A DNA stretch of 64,000 bases, from NCBI RefSeq assembly GCF_018350175.1, contig NC_058368.1, positions 210,864,001-210,928,000 on the forward strand, in the 5' to 3' direction. The stretch comes from Felis catus. Its lineage: Eukaryota. The notes under the pieces were generated by a model that made no database searches, was not told the DNA's origin, and saw only the letters and a program-made list of their open reading frames with translations. The position numbers and the translations under genes were made by a program. Of the stretch, positions 1-12,271 are shown in pieces; within the stretch, counting starts at the first letter, position 1; every line of letters starts with the position of its first letter.

Positions 1-506
1 AGTTGTAACTTTCTGGGCTACAAGACCTAAGCTATGATGTCCCATATTCTTTTGGTCAGCAATCTCAATTTCCCCAAGTCTTCTGTTTTTCTCTTAATTG
101 GATCTTAACTGGAGCATGAAAGAATCTTTAGTTTACTAGTTTTCTCAAATCTCAATAAAGATTCTAGGTGGCACTCTCAATAAATTTTGCTCTACAGGCA
201 GCAACAATATGGCAACAGAATGAAGGGGAATGTGGGGTAAAGACAATGTGTGCGTGCAGATGTGTGTTTAATAGGAGCTATTATAGTGCACTTGTAGATC
301 ATAGGATTATCCAATAGTAAGGGACAAACAACAGAAGATATGAGGGACAGATGATAATTGCAGGAACAGAGCCCTTCCCAAATGAAAAGAGTGCATGGAA
401 TTCTGTGCATAAGTGAGGCGAGTGCCCTCAGAGGAGAGCAGGGACTGAATGCCCACAATAATAGAGAAAACAGAGGCTGTGAGTGAACATTTAGTCAACT
501 GTGCGG

Positions 507-740
507 GGGGGTGCCTGGGTGGCTCAGTCAGTTAAGCATCTGACTGTGTCTCAGGTCATGATCTTGTGGTCTGTGAGCTCGAGCCCTGTCTCGGGCTCTA
601 TGCTAACAGCTCAGAGCCTGGAGTCTACTTCAGATTCTGTGTCTCCCTCTCCTTCCCCCCCCCCCACCCCGCGCCTCCCCTGCTTGCTCTCTCTTTCTCT
701 CTCTGAAATAAACATTAAAAAAAATAAAAGATAATAATAA
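507..740 (+). mobile_element. Can-SINE (SINEC, tRNA-derived)
   Basis: Head GGGGTGCCTGGGTGGCTCAG, CT-rich tract, A-rich tail; TSD TCAACTGTGCGG at 495-506 and 741-752. Confidence 0.95.
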
Positions 741-1532
741 TCAACTGTGCGGAAGGACAGGGAAAGAAGTTCCTTCCTGATTGCTTCCATTTGCTCAATG
801 AGGTGAAGAAACCAGGTCATCTGCTATTAAAATAAAGACGAAAATGTAAATATTTGGATCTAGGTTTGTTGATTCCATCTAATAATAATTCAGTTTCACC
901 CAATGTCCATGTGATTTCTTCAACTTCTAACTAAACCTGAAATCCCTTTCCCCTGCAGGGATTCTGCTCTTTTTGGTTTTATTTTTTAATTCCCTTATGA
1001 ATATTTCTTCTTATTTTAAACGATCTCAAATTCTTTGCAGATGCAAAATTGGTAAATAACTAAACAGATGTGGGTGAACAGGTGAACAACATAAATGCAT
1101 GCTAATTGTAAAATGTTATAGCTATTGTTCACCATAAGATTTGTATTAAACTATATAACAGGGAAGAAGTTTTACCTCCCATTGTATTTCCCTGAGTGGA
1201 ATTTGAGACCAGCATAGTCCTATTTGCAGATCTGTGCTAGCAACATAGAACCCAAGACAAATTTAGCCATCTTTCCAGTATCCTGACCCTGGACCTACCA
1301 AAGAGGGTCTACTTAAAATATTACAATGCTTCTTAAATAAATATTTTAGAATGATAAACTCTTTAGTCCCCATTTTGATGAAGAGAGACACAGACAAGGG
1401 ACACCTAAGAAGCTTTCTCTGTGCTTTATAATATATAAAACAGGGAAAATAATTTTGAAATGAATCAAAGACATCTATCAAAGTTATGAGACTAAATCTT
1501 CTTTGTCCCCATTGTACTGTGATTTTATATGC

Positions 1533-2335
1533 TGTCATAGACTGTAAGTCTAAAGTTCTCTTTTGGCTAGCAAAAGAGTGGGACATAGGATTAAAGCGAG
1601 AGATGGTTAATGTCCAGGAAAAGACAAGAGCCCCGAATAAGGGTCCTTGCCCCATATTTATTAAGATCAGAAGGCTTACAAACATGATAGGTGTGCACAA
1701 AGAGACAAAGAAACTGTGAACATTAACCTGGGGACATGAGGGGGGGGGCATTGAAAATATACAGTGTTTGGGGTTTGGGTCAATATAAAACTAAATCCTG
1801 GAGCTGGGTAGATGAGCAGATGGTTGTTGGTTGTTAACGGCAGACAGGAGGTGCCGTACCTGTTTATCTTAGCCAGCCTAGTGGATGAGACAGATAGGGG
1901 GAATAACCTCAGGGTTAACAAGGCACCTTTTCTTTTGTTAACCATCTCCGCTCTGGGCTGCTTCTCCTGCAGCGCAGTGGTCCATGGTCCAATTAACCAG
2001 TTTATTTGGTCCTTTCCTCCTATGAAAGCAGCTTTTCTGCTATAGTACTACATTGGGGGGCATTTTTGCTCTGCATGCCTAATCTTGTTTACCTCATATA
2101 CCTATGTATTGAGAGCCTTTGCACCCATTCCTATTTTGGGACTTTTCCCCTCCCTCTCTATTCTGGGGGCTCTGCACCCCCTCTCTATTCCACGGTGCCT
2201 TTGCACCCCCCTATTCCTGGGGTGCCAATCTGGTTTACCCAAACTCAGGTGCAAACATTTTATGGCTTTGTGTTTCTTTATGCCTTGTTAACCAATTGGT
2301 GTAAGCCCGGGGGATTCCTAAGCCTATCGCCCATA
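1533..2335 (-). mobile_element. Endogenous retrovirus solo LTR (class II/ERVK-like suggested by the 6-bp TSD)
   Basis: Perfect TSD ATATGC at 1527-1532 and 2336-2341; minus strand starts TATGGG (decayed TGTGGG) and ends GACA; AATAAA on minus (plus TTTATT 1657-1662); repeated U3-like motifs. Confidence 0.8.
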
Positions 2336-4059
2336 ATATGCTAGTATAAGAGTTGATCAGGGAAAAACTAACATATTTACAAAAGTGATGAAACTGAACA
2401 TTAAGTAGTTCTCAGCTGCAAAGTCAAAATTGTGAAAGGACAAGTAAAAACACAGGCAAATGATGTGATCATGGAACATCATATCCCATTAAGAACACCA
2501 GCCATGTTTATATGACCATTATAATTAATCATCTATGATTTTAAAAAGGCTGTATCTTGCAGGAGAAGGGTGAAAAGCAAAGGTATTGCCCTATAGGGAG
2601 ATGAACTAGGTAGAAAGGAAAAGGACCCTCGGAAGCATAACTTAAAACAATGCTCTCAAATTACCAATTACCAGGAAATTGCAGCACTTTTGAAAAAAGA
2701 GAAAAGGGATTTACTCAATTAAGACTTCATCTTCATAGCAGTGAGTCAGAGCTAGAATCACAAAGAGTCAACTCAAAATCTAGGTGACAGGTATACTGAA
2801 CATGTAAAAAACCTTTCCATTTACAGTTACCTTAAGTTCAGATGCTAACTAACTGGTTTTTGAATAACAACCCATGAAACAAAAATGAAAAAAAAATGCA
2901 AGCAGCAATGTTATCAAATAATAAAACAATCAGTTGTCAATAAAACAATCAGTTGGTTCCTTGATTTTCTTGATATGAATAACAATCTCTAAGCATTATA
3001 TTTTATATTGTCTATGGGGATATCCAACTCAGACTCCTTTGACATTCGATATAGTAGGGTCATGTTAAATGCTACAAATGGGCATGGTGGTTGATAACTT
3101 ACACTCTATAGGATCAGAATAAAACATTTTCTTCCACTTTTTGGGAAACAGATATATTTGCCCCCATCTTCTCAGGTCCCCACGCCCACTACTGCTTATA
3201 GGCTGAAATTGTCCATTTGGTGTCATCAACTTGTAAACAATTCCTTGTAAATACCCCTTTTTTGTGCTTTTGTTTTTCAATGCTTACTCATCAAAACTCC
3301 CTATTCTTCAGTATGTCTATGACTTGATCTTCCCCTTAGCATGTTCATAGAATGACTATCTTTACCTGAAACTGAGGAAGATTTGTTTTCAATAATTGCA
3401 TCATTCACATTTGGCAACATGGTTGTGTCTTGTGTTCGTAAAGTTGTTTGGGTGGTATCTTGATTCACATAAAGTGTGCTGTGAAGGTGACTTAAACATC
3501 TCCTGGTTTCCTGTCACAAATTGGAGGTGGTGACATCATGCTCATTGAAGTTTGCTGTGCCCCCAACCACAAAAAGGCAGAGGGAAAGAGAAGTATGCAC
3601 AGTAATGTTGCCCGTTCTTTCCAGTGCAAAGCTGGGGGTTGGGGCAAGAGAAGGACTTGGCCTAACACATTTGTCTGTGTGTTTTTTCTAAGGAGATAGG
3701 ACAAACACAATTCACTTCAACTGAATTTCTGGTTTGTAGAGCTTTCCAAAATGTACCTTGCAAACGATTTAGGCTTGTAAAATTTCTTATCTGCCAACAA
3801 GATAAATCTTTAAGGAAAGATTTAAAAAGCCATGTGTATTGTCAAATAGATGTACATTTGAATTCTGGCTCTGCCTTCAATAGGAGAGAAGCACTTGGTA
3901 TTTGATCCTGCTTTCTTATGTATCAGAATGCACACCCATAGCCATGCCCCTACTCCTATTTTTGTTCAACTCTTTTCAAGCTATGTTTTTCAGGAGTGGC
4001 TGAGCCTCTGGCTTGGTTTAAAGAGATCTCAGTAATTGTATGGTTTGTCAGGAGATAGA

Positions 4060-4402
4060 CGTGTTACCTGTTTCTGATCAATAAGATAGAAAGGAGTTCA
4101 GCCTAGAATTATGAGAATATTTTCCTTGCCTTCTTACCAGTGCCCACTGTAGAAGGATGTGATTTTTAGAAATGTGGCAGCCATCTTGTGGGCAGAAAGG
4201 GTCAAACTGGAATAATCCATGCCAAGGATGGAGGAAGGAGATGATGCCAATAACCAAAGCCCCTAGAGACACCCTTGAGTTAGTCCATTAACAGAGCTTG
4301 AGACTTCTATTATGGGAAATAATCAATTCTTCTTATTGTATAAGTCGGTTAGATTAGTTTTCCTATGAAACTTGATACCAAAAGCCTCTAAACAGATGTA
4401 CA
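4060..4402 (+). mobile_element. Old MaLR LTR fragment (MLT1J/K/L-like)
   Basis: GCAGCCATCTTG motif and a 3' end resembling the MLT1 terminus (...CCAAAAGCCTCTAAACAGATGTACA). Confidence 0.45.
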
Positions 4403-4479
4403 AATTCTATAACATTGGAATTTGAACACCTATATCAGAAGTTCTTGAGAATAGAATGAGTAAACATGTATATCACACA

Positions 4480-4690
4480 GTGCTTGTCATATTGCATGTG
4501 CTTAGTAAATGTCACCATTGTCATAATTGACAGCGTTATTAGTATTATTATTTCCAAATATTTCACGGTAGGAAAGGTCAAACTAGACAAGGTAAGTGAA
4601 TTGCCTAAGGTCACACAATGAGCAAGTAGTAAAGCAGGAAAGAGACTCAAATTTCTAGATTCCTACAAGACAGTATGCTTTTTTTCCACA
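4480..4690 (-). mobile_element. MIR SINE
   Basis: Reverse MIR core GGTAAGTGAATTGCCTAAGGTCACACA. Confidence 0.7.
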
Positions 4691-5934
4691 TTATGTAGGC
4701 CTCCTATGTTAGAAAATGTCTCTATTTGTCACTATCACCTTCGTGGGCCCTACATTGTATACACAATTACTTTTCCACTTTCTAAAATAATGGAGCACTA
4801 GATAGTCCTTTGATTTAATTGTTCTCTCCTTGTAAAAAGTTTGATTTACTTTTCACATACTTGTATTCATCTTCATGTTTTCTCCTGAGGAGTCAGTAAA
4901 ACAAAACACTCCATTTTAAGAGCTGGAAAATTGAAGACAAAAAAATAAAGGCTACCCATTTTGTTGTTTCACATAATAAATACTATATCTTCTGGTCAAC
5001 TCATTTCTTTTTCATTTCTCTCTGTGTTGTTTTTTTTTTTCTACAATGAGAAGAGAGCCAGAAACGGTGAAGCTATATCCCAGGGGTAGAGCTCGGACTC
5101 TGGGGAGAGGTAGGTAAAAGAACATGAAGAGAAAAAGTACCCCACGTTGTCACCTCATTTGTTCCAATTTTCTAACTTTTCCGCAAATTGAAGTAGCTGA
5201 TAAGCTTTATTGTTCCTGATGATGTCTGGAAAAATTTATTTCACATGGGTTTTGCTTATAATAGATTGAACTGCTTTGATTTTTATGTTTTGTCCTGACC
5301 TTATGATTTCAGGACAAGACTGGTTGTTAAATCGCACAGCATTTCCTAGTGTATTTGTTTTGCAAAGAAATGAAGCTTTCTCTGTCAGCTTAACTATGTG
5401 TCATTGTGCAGTGGAAATCATGAAATGTGGCATTATTCTTTTGTAGAGTCATCTCCCAGAGAAGTAGTGTTCTTACATTAAAACTTAAAAAAAATTGCTT
5501 TAGAGACTTAGGGCCTTAGAGCTGCCTGAGAATTAGACAAGCTGGAAAAATACTGTTTCTCTAAGATTATCAAGAGCTTATTCAGGTAAATAAGTTAATG
5601 TGTCCTCATCGCAGGTCCCTGCAATTTCAGATTCAGGGTGGTGGGACCAACACGGAAATTCACCTACCAATGCCCCATGTCAAGTAAACCAGGGGAAAAA
5701 TGAAATCCTCTTGCAAAGCTGATCACATCCACTCATTTTTGCAGTGGTTTGAATGATTGGTTCCCCCAAATCATTCCATCTCAGATACATAGTCTAAAGT
5801 AGTATTGATAATGCCATTCCCCTCACCAGTGGTTGGTCTAGGCATGGGTATGTGAAGAAATTAAAGCAAGTGAGGCAGGAGGGGAAATTGGGAAGGAATG
5901 GGGGCGGGACTCTGGGGCGAATGAGCTATAGACA

Positions 5935-6380
5935 TGGTATCTTAGGCTGAGTTCCCTAAAGAATTGATAAAGAATTCAATGTGGACCTTTACGAAAGGTA
6001 TTTACTCAGGGTGTATTCTCTGGAGAACAGTAATGAGAAAAAGCAGAATAGGGTGTAGAAGAAAAGCTAAGCAACAATGTGTTCTCAGTGGGCCAATGGC
6101 TTCAGCCTGATACTACAGGAAAACCTGGAGCCAAAACTGCACCTGAATCTGGTTCCTCCTTGAGTCAAAGGGCTGACCTTTTGTTCCCCTTGTCGGATAG
6201 TCATTAGCTTTTGGTTGCCCCTTTTTCTTATGCTGCCCTGGAGTGGAGGGGCATTACCTCCCAGACAAGTTGCCTTCTATCTTGCCAAATGCAATCCTCA
6301 CAGCAGCTTGGGGACAAGTATGATGACAGAGTGAAGGGAATCTGGACAAGACATCAAGAGCATTCCCTACTGCTATCATA
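5935..6380. mobile_element. Old ERVL-class LTR fragment (LTR33-like)
   Basis: TATCTTAGGCTGAGTTCCCTAAAG start and CTTCAGCCTGATACTACAGG...GTCATTAGCT motifs resemble ERVL LTRs; recalled similarity only. Confidence 0.4.
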
Positions 6381-7209
6381 CCCAAATCTGCTGAGGGCCT
6401 GAGGATGCCCACACAAAGGACAGGGCACAGGGCAGCTCCAATTCACCACAGAGAAATGGAGACTTGGCACCCGCAACATACTCTGGACTTCTGTTATATG
6501 AGATAAATTGCAGAAGCCACCTAGACTCATCTTCCGTTCCTTGTCATCAAAATATTCTGACTTAATACTTATAAAGAGGTGAAGTTTCACATATTACTAT
6601 GGTAATAGGCATACTTGGACATAAAACATTCAAACAACAGACAGATACATATCAAAATATGTCCATAAGCACCTTCTCAGATAGGTTGAATGTTTACTTC
6701 TTCTGACCTTTCCTCCATAACACTAAGCAATATGCTTATTATATTTCTCGTTACCAATTCTAGGTAGTATTTATTGAATTCTTGCCATAAAACATGAGAA
6801 ATTTAGTTCATTGATATTACTTCTACCTTCATGCCTTTCTACCTAATGTTTATCATCTGTGTATATTTCCTATGTCTTTATTTTGTTATGTTGGGACTTC
6901 AAAAATAAACTCATTGCTCTTTAATGGATTCGCCAACTTTAGATGGTTTCTGATTCCCCAGATATAAGGTGAGGCAATGTGTGTGTATGTACCTCTTTCT
7001 TGACTCTTCTCCTTGCTTCTAGATCAAAACTTTGCTCAGTTCTACCATTCCCATGTTGTTAAGGTTTATAACAGTTATATTTCTCCATAAGCCTTATTTG
7101 TTTAAGCCCACCACTCCAGGTCATCTTATAGGTCTAGAGGTTAGAAGTCCAAATAAATTAAATCAATTTAATCATTACATTAAATTTTGATCAATAAATA
7201 TTCTGTGGC

Positions 7210-7685
7210 AGACAAAAGAATGGATTTAAGGGGAAGTGACCGGCACGAGGAATTGTCCAGGAATTGTCTCATCAGTCTGAACTGATGAGAGACTAAATGG
7301 GAATATGATATGAGGAGTAAAGAGGGAATGGCAGATTTGAGGAACAGTTTGGAAGTGAAATCAGCACAACATGGTCATTGATGAAAATGGGATTAAGTGA
7401 AAAAGAGGAAACAAGTAACATCCCAAGGTTTCTAGCTTGGTGAGTGCTGTGGCCACAGATGAGCCAATGACCAACAAGAGATGGAAGTGACAAGCAGAAC
7501 TGATAAGTTCGATTTGGGAGACCTGGAGTTTATGGTATCCACGGGGCATTTAAGAAGAAATAGTCAACAAACACCTAGCTGTAGAAGCCTGGAGATTCTT
7601 GGGCTAAAGATTCCTACGTAGTTGTCATCAGAGTACTTATTGTAGGTGGTAGGCAAAACCACGGGGATTTCCCAGAAGGAGGTAT
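7210..7685 (-). mobile_element. L2 LINE fragment
   Basis: Purine-rich degenerate L2 pattern (CCCAAGGTTTCTAGCTTGG; ATAAGTTCGATTTGGGAGACCTGGAGTTT; GTCATCAG). Confidence 0.6.
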
Positions 7686-7690
7686 GTGAC

Positions 7691-8191
7691 TGTGGTAGAT
7701 CAATAACGGCCTCCAAAAATGTCCATGTCATAATTGCTGGAGCCTGTAAATGTTTTACCTTACATGGCAAAAGAGACTTTGAAGACATGATTAGGGTATG
7801 GATCTTGAGATGGGGAGATTATCTTAGATAATCCAAGTAAATTCAGTGTAATTACAAAGGTCCTTATAAGTGGAAGGCAGGAAGGTCAGAGTCAGGGAAG
7901 CAGATGTGATGACAGAAGTCAGAGAGAGAAAGAGATTGCTGGCTTCAATGATGGTACAAGGGGAAAACAGCCAAGGAAAAGCAGGTGGTTACTACAAGCT
8001 GAACAAGGCAAGCAAATAAAATCTCCCCCTAGATCCTCCGGAAGGAATCAGCCCTGCCAACCTGTTGACTTAAGCCCAGTAGGACTGATTTTGGACTTCT
8101 GCCCTCCAGAATTATACATTAATAAATCTGTGTTGATTTAAGCCCCTACATTTGTGGTAGTTTGTTACAGCAGCAATAAAAGATGAATACT
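7691..8191 (+). mobile_element. MaLR solo LTR (MLT1D/C-like), full length
   Basis: TGTGGTAGATCAATAACGGCCTCCAAA start, TTACCTTACATGGCAAAAGAGACTTTG, GTTACAGCAGCAATA end; 5-bp TSD GTGAC at 7686-7690 and 8192-8196. Confidence 0.9.
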
Positions 8192-8790
8192 GTGACCTTG
8201 TTTGAGTCACTTGACATCTACTTTACTCTGTTAATTCTGTCATTCAAAAAATGTGTACTGAATAGCTACTCTGTGCCAATAAAGTAGCCTTTAGAAACCA
8301 ACAGAATAGTGGAAAAGAAAGAAACAGAAGTAAATAATTATAAACACAGTGTAAGAGGGGCTGACATAAATGGAGCTTTGTACGGGAACCGTGGGGCCAG
8401 ACAGGAAGGAGGGGTTGATTTTCTCAAGGAGAAGAGGTAGGGAAGGTCTCACCAAGGTGATGAAGCTTAGCTGAGTCCAAGGGATGCCTGTAAAAATCAC
8501 TAGAGGAACTCTGAGGCTCCTCAAAAAGGCAAAATTCTGAGATCAGTGAGCCCTTTTTAACTGGAGTGACTTATTGCAAGACATTATGGAAAATAGGCAG
8601 CCATTCTGGGCTGAAGTAAATGACTTCCTCGGTTACTTTTTCTGAATTTCTCTAATTATCATGTCTCACAATTCTCTCCTCTGGATGATCCCTTTGGATA
8701 GTGACCTTGAATGTAGTCTAGCATTCTTAACAGCAGAAATAATTAAAATTATTCTTCTATCTTCAGTTGGTTGTTTTTCTTTATTTATTA

Positions 8791-9226
8791 GCATATTAGT
8801 TTTCTACCACAAACTGAGTGGCTCAAAACAACAGAAACTTACTGTCTCAGCATTCTGGAGGCCAAAAGTCCACAAGTGCACAAGGGAGGCTGTGCTCCCT
8901 CTGAGGGCTTTTGCTTCTTTAAGCTTCTGTTGCTTGCTGACAATCTTTGACATTTTTGGTTTGTAGACGCATCGTTTCAGTCACATGGGTAACTTCTGCT
9001 TGCATAACCTCACATTGTCATCCCACTGTGTCTCTCTGTCCAAATTTCCCTTTTTTAAGGACTTTAGCCATCTTGGAGTAGAGCCCATCCCTAATGACCT
9101 CATTTTAACTTGATTACCTCTATAAAGATCCTATTCCCAAGTAAGTTCACATTCTGAGATAGCAGAAATTAGGATTCCAACATGTGCATTTTCTTTGGGT
9201 CAGGGGATACAATCTAACTCATCACA
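8791..9226 (-). mobile_element. MaLR LTR (MLT1A/B-like)
   Basis: ACCACAAACTGAGTGGCTCAAAACAACAGAAA ... TAATGACCTCATTTTAACTTGATTACCTC ... ends ATCACA. Confidence 0.8.
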
Positions 9227-10229
9227 ATTGATGACAAGTGACCTCAGTTCATTTACATTTATGAATGGACTGGAAAGAGCTAGTATATTAAGAAGCTACT
9301 TGGTCTTTTCTTACGCAGAGGAAAAAACAGCATAGAAATTTGATAATAGATAGGATAATAGCCAGAACAAAACAAAGTTCAGGACAAAAAAAATATGCAA
9401 GTAATGCAAGTAGTGACAAAATAATTTTACCGTTTTTAAACTCATATTAAAATTTCTATTTAAATATTTTTTTTAAGTTTTCGATCTCACACAGTTGGTG
9501 TGTCACTCAAGATTTTTATAAATACAAGTTATTTCATAAAGTAATCTTAATCTGAAGGGAGACTAAAAGAAATTACTGATGGATGTGGAACTGTTTCCAC
9601 AAAAGAAAGCATAAAAGTTGCTGGTGAGGTTGGAAGAGGAAAGAGAGAGAATCAGTAACACTGGGATACCCTGCTTCCTGTCTTAACCTAGACTCTCTTC
9701 CAGGTAAGGTGAAGGAAGGTGCAAGAATTCAAAGGAGCAGGAAGCTAAACTTTGGGGGATGCATTTTTTAGCAGAACATGATTAAAGAGGCTGCCTGGAT
9801 GACACCGTGTCCTAAATCATCACATGCTGTTTCTCAAGCATGGGGCCACCTTGAAGCGCCAGGGCATGGCCAGGAAAGGGACAACAACTCTAAGTTCATC
9901 CAACAGAACAAGCTGAAGACACATGCTGATCAGGAGCGCTTTAGATGGAAGTTAAAACAAGAGAAGCACAGCTATGAATTAATAACAGAGACACTTAAGT
10001 TTTAATTTTCTGCTTCCAATGTGCTTTCTAGAATTATCCGTTTTAAGTATTCCATGTGTATACCTTCATTTTGTTTTAAAATAATAAACAGGACTATGGA
10101 AGCGGGGAGTCAACTTGAAAAAAATGTGTCAATTAAAAAGGTAAGGATAACACCAAGGCACCTTCTTTCTTCTGTTCACTGTAGACTGTAATTATCAGTG
10201 AGGTAACATGTGGTCCTTGAATATTTATT

Positions 10230-10500
10230 AGTTGGTATGGCCCCTAGCATTCTTTGGCTTGTGGCCACATCACTCCGGTATCTTCACATTCCTTTCTCCT
10301 CTTCTGTTTTCCTGCTGCCTCCCTCTTAGAAGGATACAAGTAACTGCATTTAGGGCCCTCTGCATTTAGGGCTGATCTGATCTCAGAATCCTTTTTCTTA
10401 ATTACATCCGCAGAGATCTTTTCTCCAAATCAGGTCACATTTACGGGTTTCAGGGATTAGGAACTGATGTATTTCGGGGACGTAATTCTGGTTACATTAC
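10230..10500 (-). mobile_element. MaLR LTR fragment (MLT1C/D-like)
   Basis: CATTCTTTGGCTTGTGGCCACATCACTCC; CTTAATTACATCCGCAGAG; GGTCACATTTACGGGTTTCAGGGATTAGG. Confidence 0.7.
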
Positions 10501-10559
10501 GGAGATTGCAAAGCTAAAAACATAACACAATAGTGGTAAACACTCAAGGTAGAATTTAG

Positions 10560-10790
10560 TGGTGTTAAACAAGGTCAGGTCTAGTGCCATCAGACTTGGG
10601 TTCAAGTCCCCACTCTGTATCTGTTACGTATGTGACTTGGAGCAGGTGATTGAAAAATCTGTACCTCGCCGTCCTCATCTGTAAAATGGGGCCAATATTA
10701 TCACATCCATGGAAGGGTTTCAGGGAGGAATAAGTGAAATCATGCATTTAAAATATTTAGCAAATGATTTGCAATTACTAAGCTTTCAAT
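10560..10790 (+). mobile_element. MIR SINE
   Basis: CAGACTTGGGTTCAAGTCCC...TGTGACTTGGAGCAGG...CCTCATCTGTAAAATGGGG core. Confidence 0.85.
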
Positions 10791-11706
10791 ATCATCTACT
10801 GATAAAATGAATAAGAATAGTTTTGGAAGAGCAGAACTCTGTGAAATTTCCCGTATTATCACCAATTATGCTCTTTTACATTTAAAATTACTTCCTTGTG
10901 AATTACAGAAAAAGGTAGAGACCCGCTGAGTACTTTTAGTCTAAAGAAAATACATCAAAATAACCTCTACAGAATAATAGAATCAATACACCAGAAGCAA
11001 GAGAAGCCATGGGCAAAAATCCTGAATATGAACACATGAGGACTTCAGCCTAAATCGTTTGCCTCACGGAATACAAATACAGAATCAATTTCCAAGAAAA
11101 AGTACAAAAGCAAATAGTAGAAAAGCTTTTAACTGGTAGACATTAATTACTTAAAGGATGATAAAGGGGAAACCATAATTTTAGATTAAAATGGAATAAA
11201 ATGATACAATTGTTAGTCCAAGCAGGTCTTTTTTAGTGCCCACAGTCATTACATTTTTTTAAAAAAATAGTAAGAAATAATACAGAAGAGAAAGATCCTG
11301 TAGAATTCTCTCACTTCTTTAAGGCAGCAATTTGTGAAGCTACCCAGGATGGTGAATGTTGTCATCGAGTGTGAGTGCTTTCATGCTGGTGAAATAGATT
11401 TCTTAACCTTCCTTTATTTTTAATTTAGATTTGGAGAAATTTTTGAGAGAAAGACAGGGGCTCAAATCTATAGAAAATCAACTGTAAATCTGCTCTTGGA
11501 GAAGAGAGTGTGGGTGAAGTTTAGGTGAATGGACAGGAAGTCGATTTGGGGGGAAGAGTTCACCAGAGAAGCACAAAATAGTCAGAAGGACAGAATCAGC
11601 TTTACGTACAAAAGGGTTGCATTCAACTTGAAGTCCAGTTTTCTCTGAAATCATGTGTGAATGGCCATGTTTTGCGGGACAACGGGATCTGTACATGAAA
11701 CTCAAT

Positions 11707-12271
11707 TTTTTTTTTTAACAATAATAAAAAAAATATTTCTGGTTTAAAAAATGATCTGGTTCCCTCCAGGGCGAGCAATTGCACAAATGTGCACTGAGTC
11801 TGGTCCAGGGGTTAAGGAAGGGAAGGTCTTAAAAGGTGAAGGGGATTGCTACCCCAGTCTCAGGGCCCCAACTCTCCAACTCCCCAACCCGACTGCATTT
11901 TATAAAACGCTCCTCAACCTCTTGGAATCGGTGGTTTAAAAAAATGTCCATGCAGGGGAGGGGAACCCCTTGAGGAAAGGAAGGTGGCCACCTGGGGCCC
12001 TTTGGTGTAGGCACAGAGGCGTGGGGCGGAAGGGAGGTGCTGCAGGCTCACACGGAAATCTCATAGGTGGTACCACCCACCCCTGACACCTTCTTGACTC
12101 CACCCCTTGTGGGGCTGCTGAGCGGAGGCTGGCCTGGGCCAGGGGAGGCAGAGCCTATACCCTTGGGCTGCCCGTTGGATTTGCTGTAGGCGGTCTTGAG
12201 CTGTACTTCATCTTTGGGGGTCAGTAATGGCTGCAAGGCTACTTCCTCTGCCTCGGAGACACCAGGTGGGG
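11707..12271 (-). pseudogene. ZDHHC5: 5'-truncated processed pseudogene (retrocopy) of palmitoyltransferase ZDHHC5: C-terminal ~74 codons, 3'UTR and A-tail
   Basis: Minus-strand frame reads [73 protein letters not shown] (stop 12048-12050), which I recognise as the ZDHHC5 C-terminus; similarity stops abruptly near 12272; T-run 11706-11716 is the A-tail; TSD CTCAAT at 11701-11706 and 12272-12277. Confidence 0.92.

Noticed and set aside
1263..1751. 162-aa minus-strand ORF
   Set aside because: Crosses the LTR boundary into flank; non-ATG start; no recognisable protein
9778..10005. 75-aa ATG ORF preceded by a TTTTAGCAG acceptor-like site
   Set aside because: No recognisable homology; length expected by chance
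12048..12236. ORF as the true last exon of the ZDHHC5 (or ZDHHC8) gene
   Set aside because: Similarity ends abruptly without a splice acceptor, no other exons occur in the window, and an A-tail and TSD are present. The upstream peptide fits ZDHHC5 rather than ZDHHC8.
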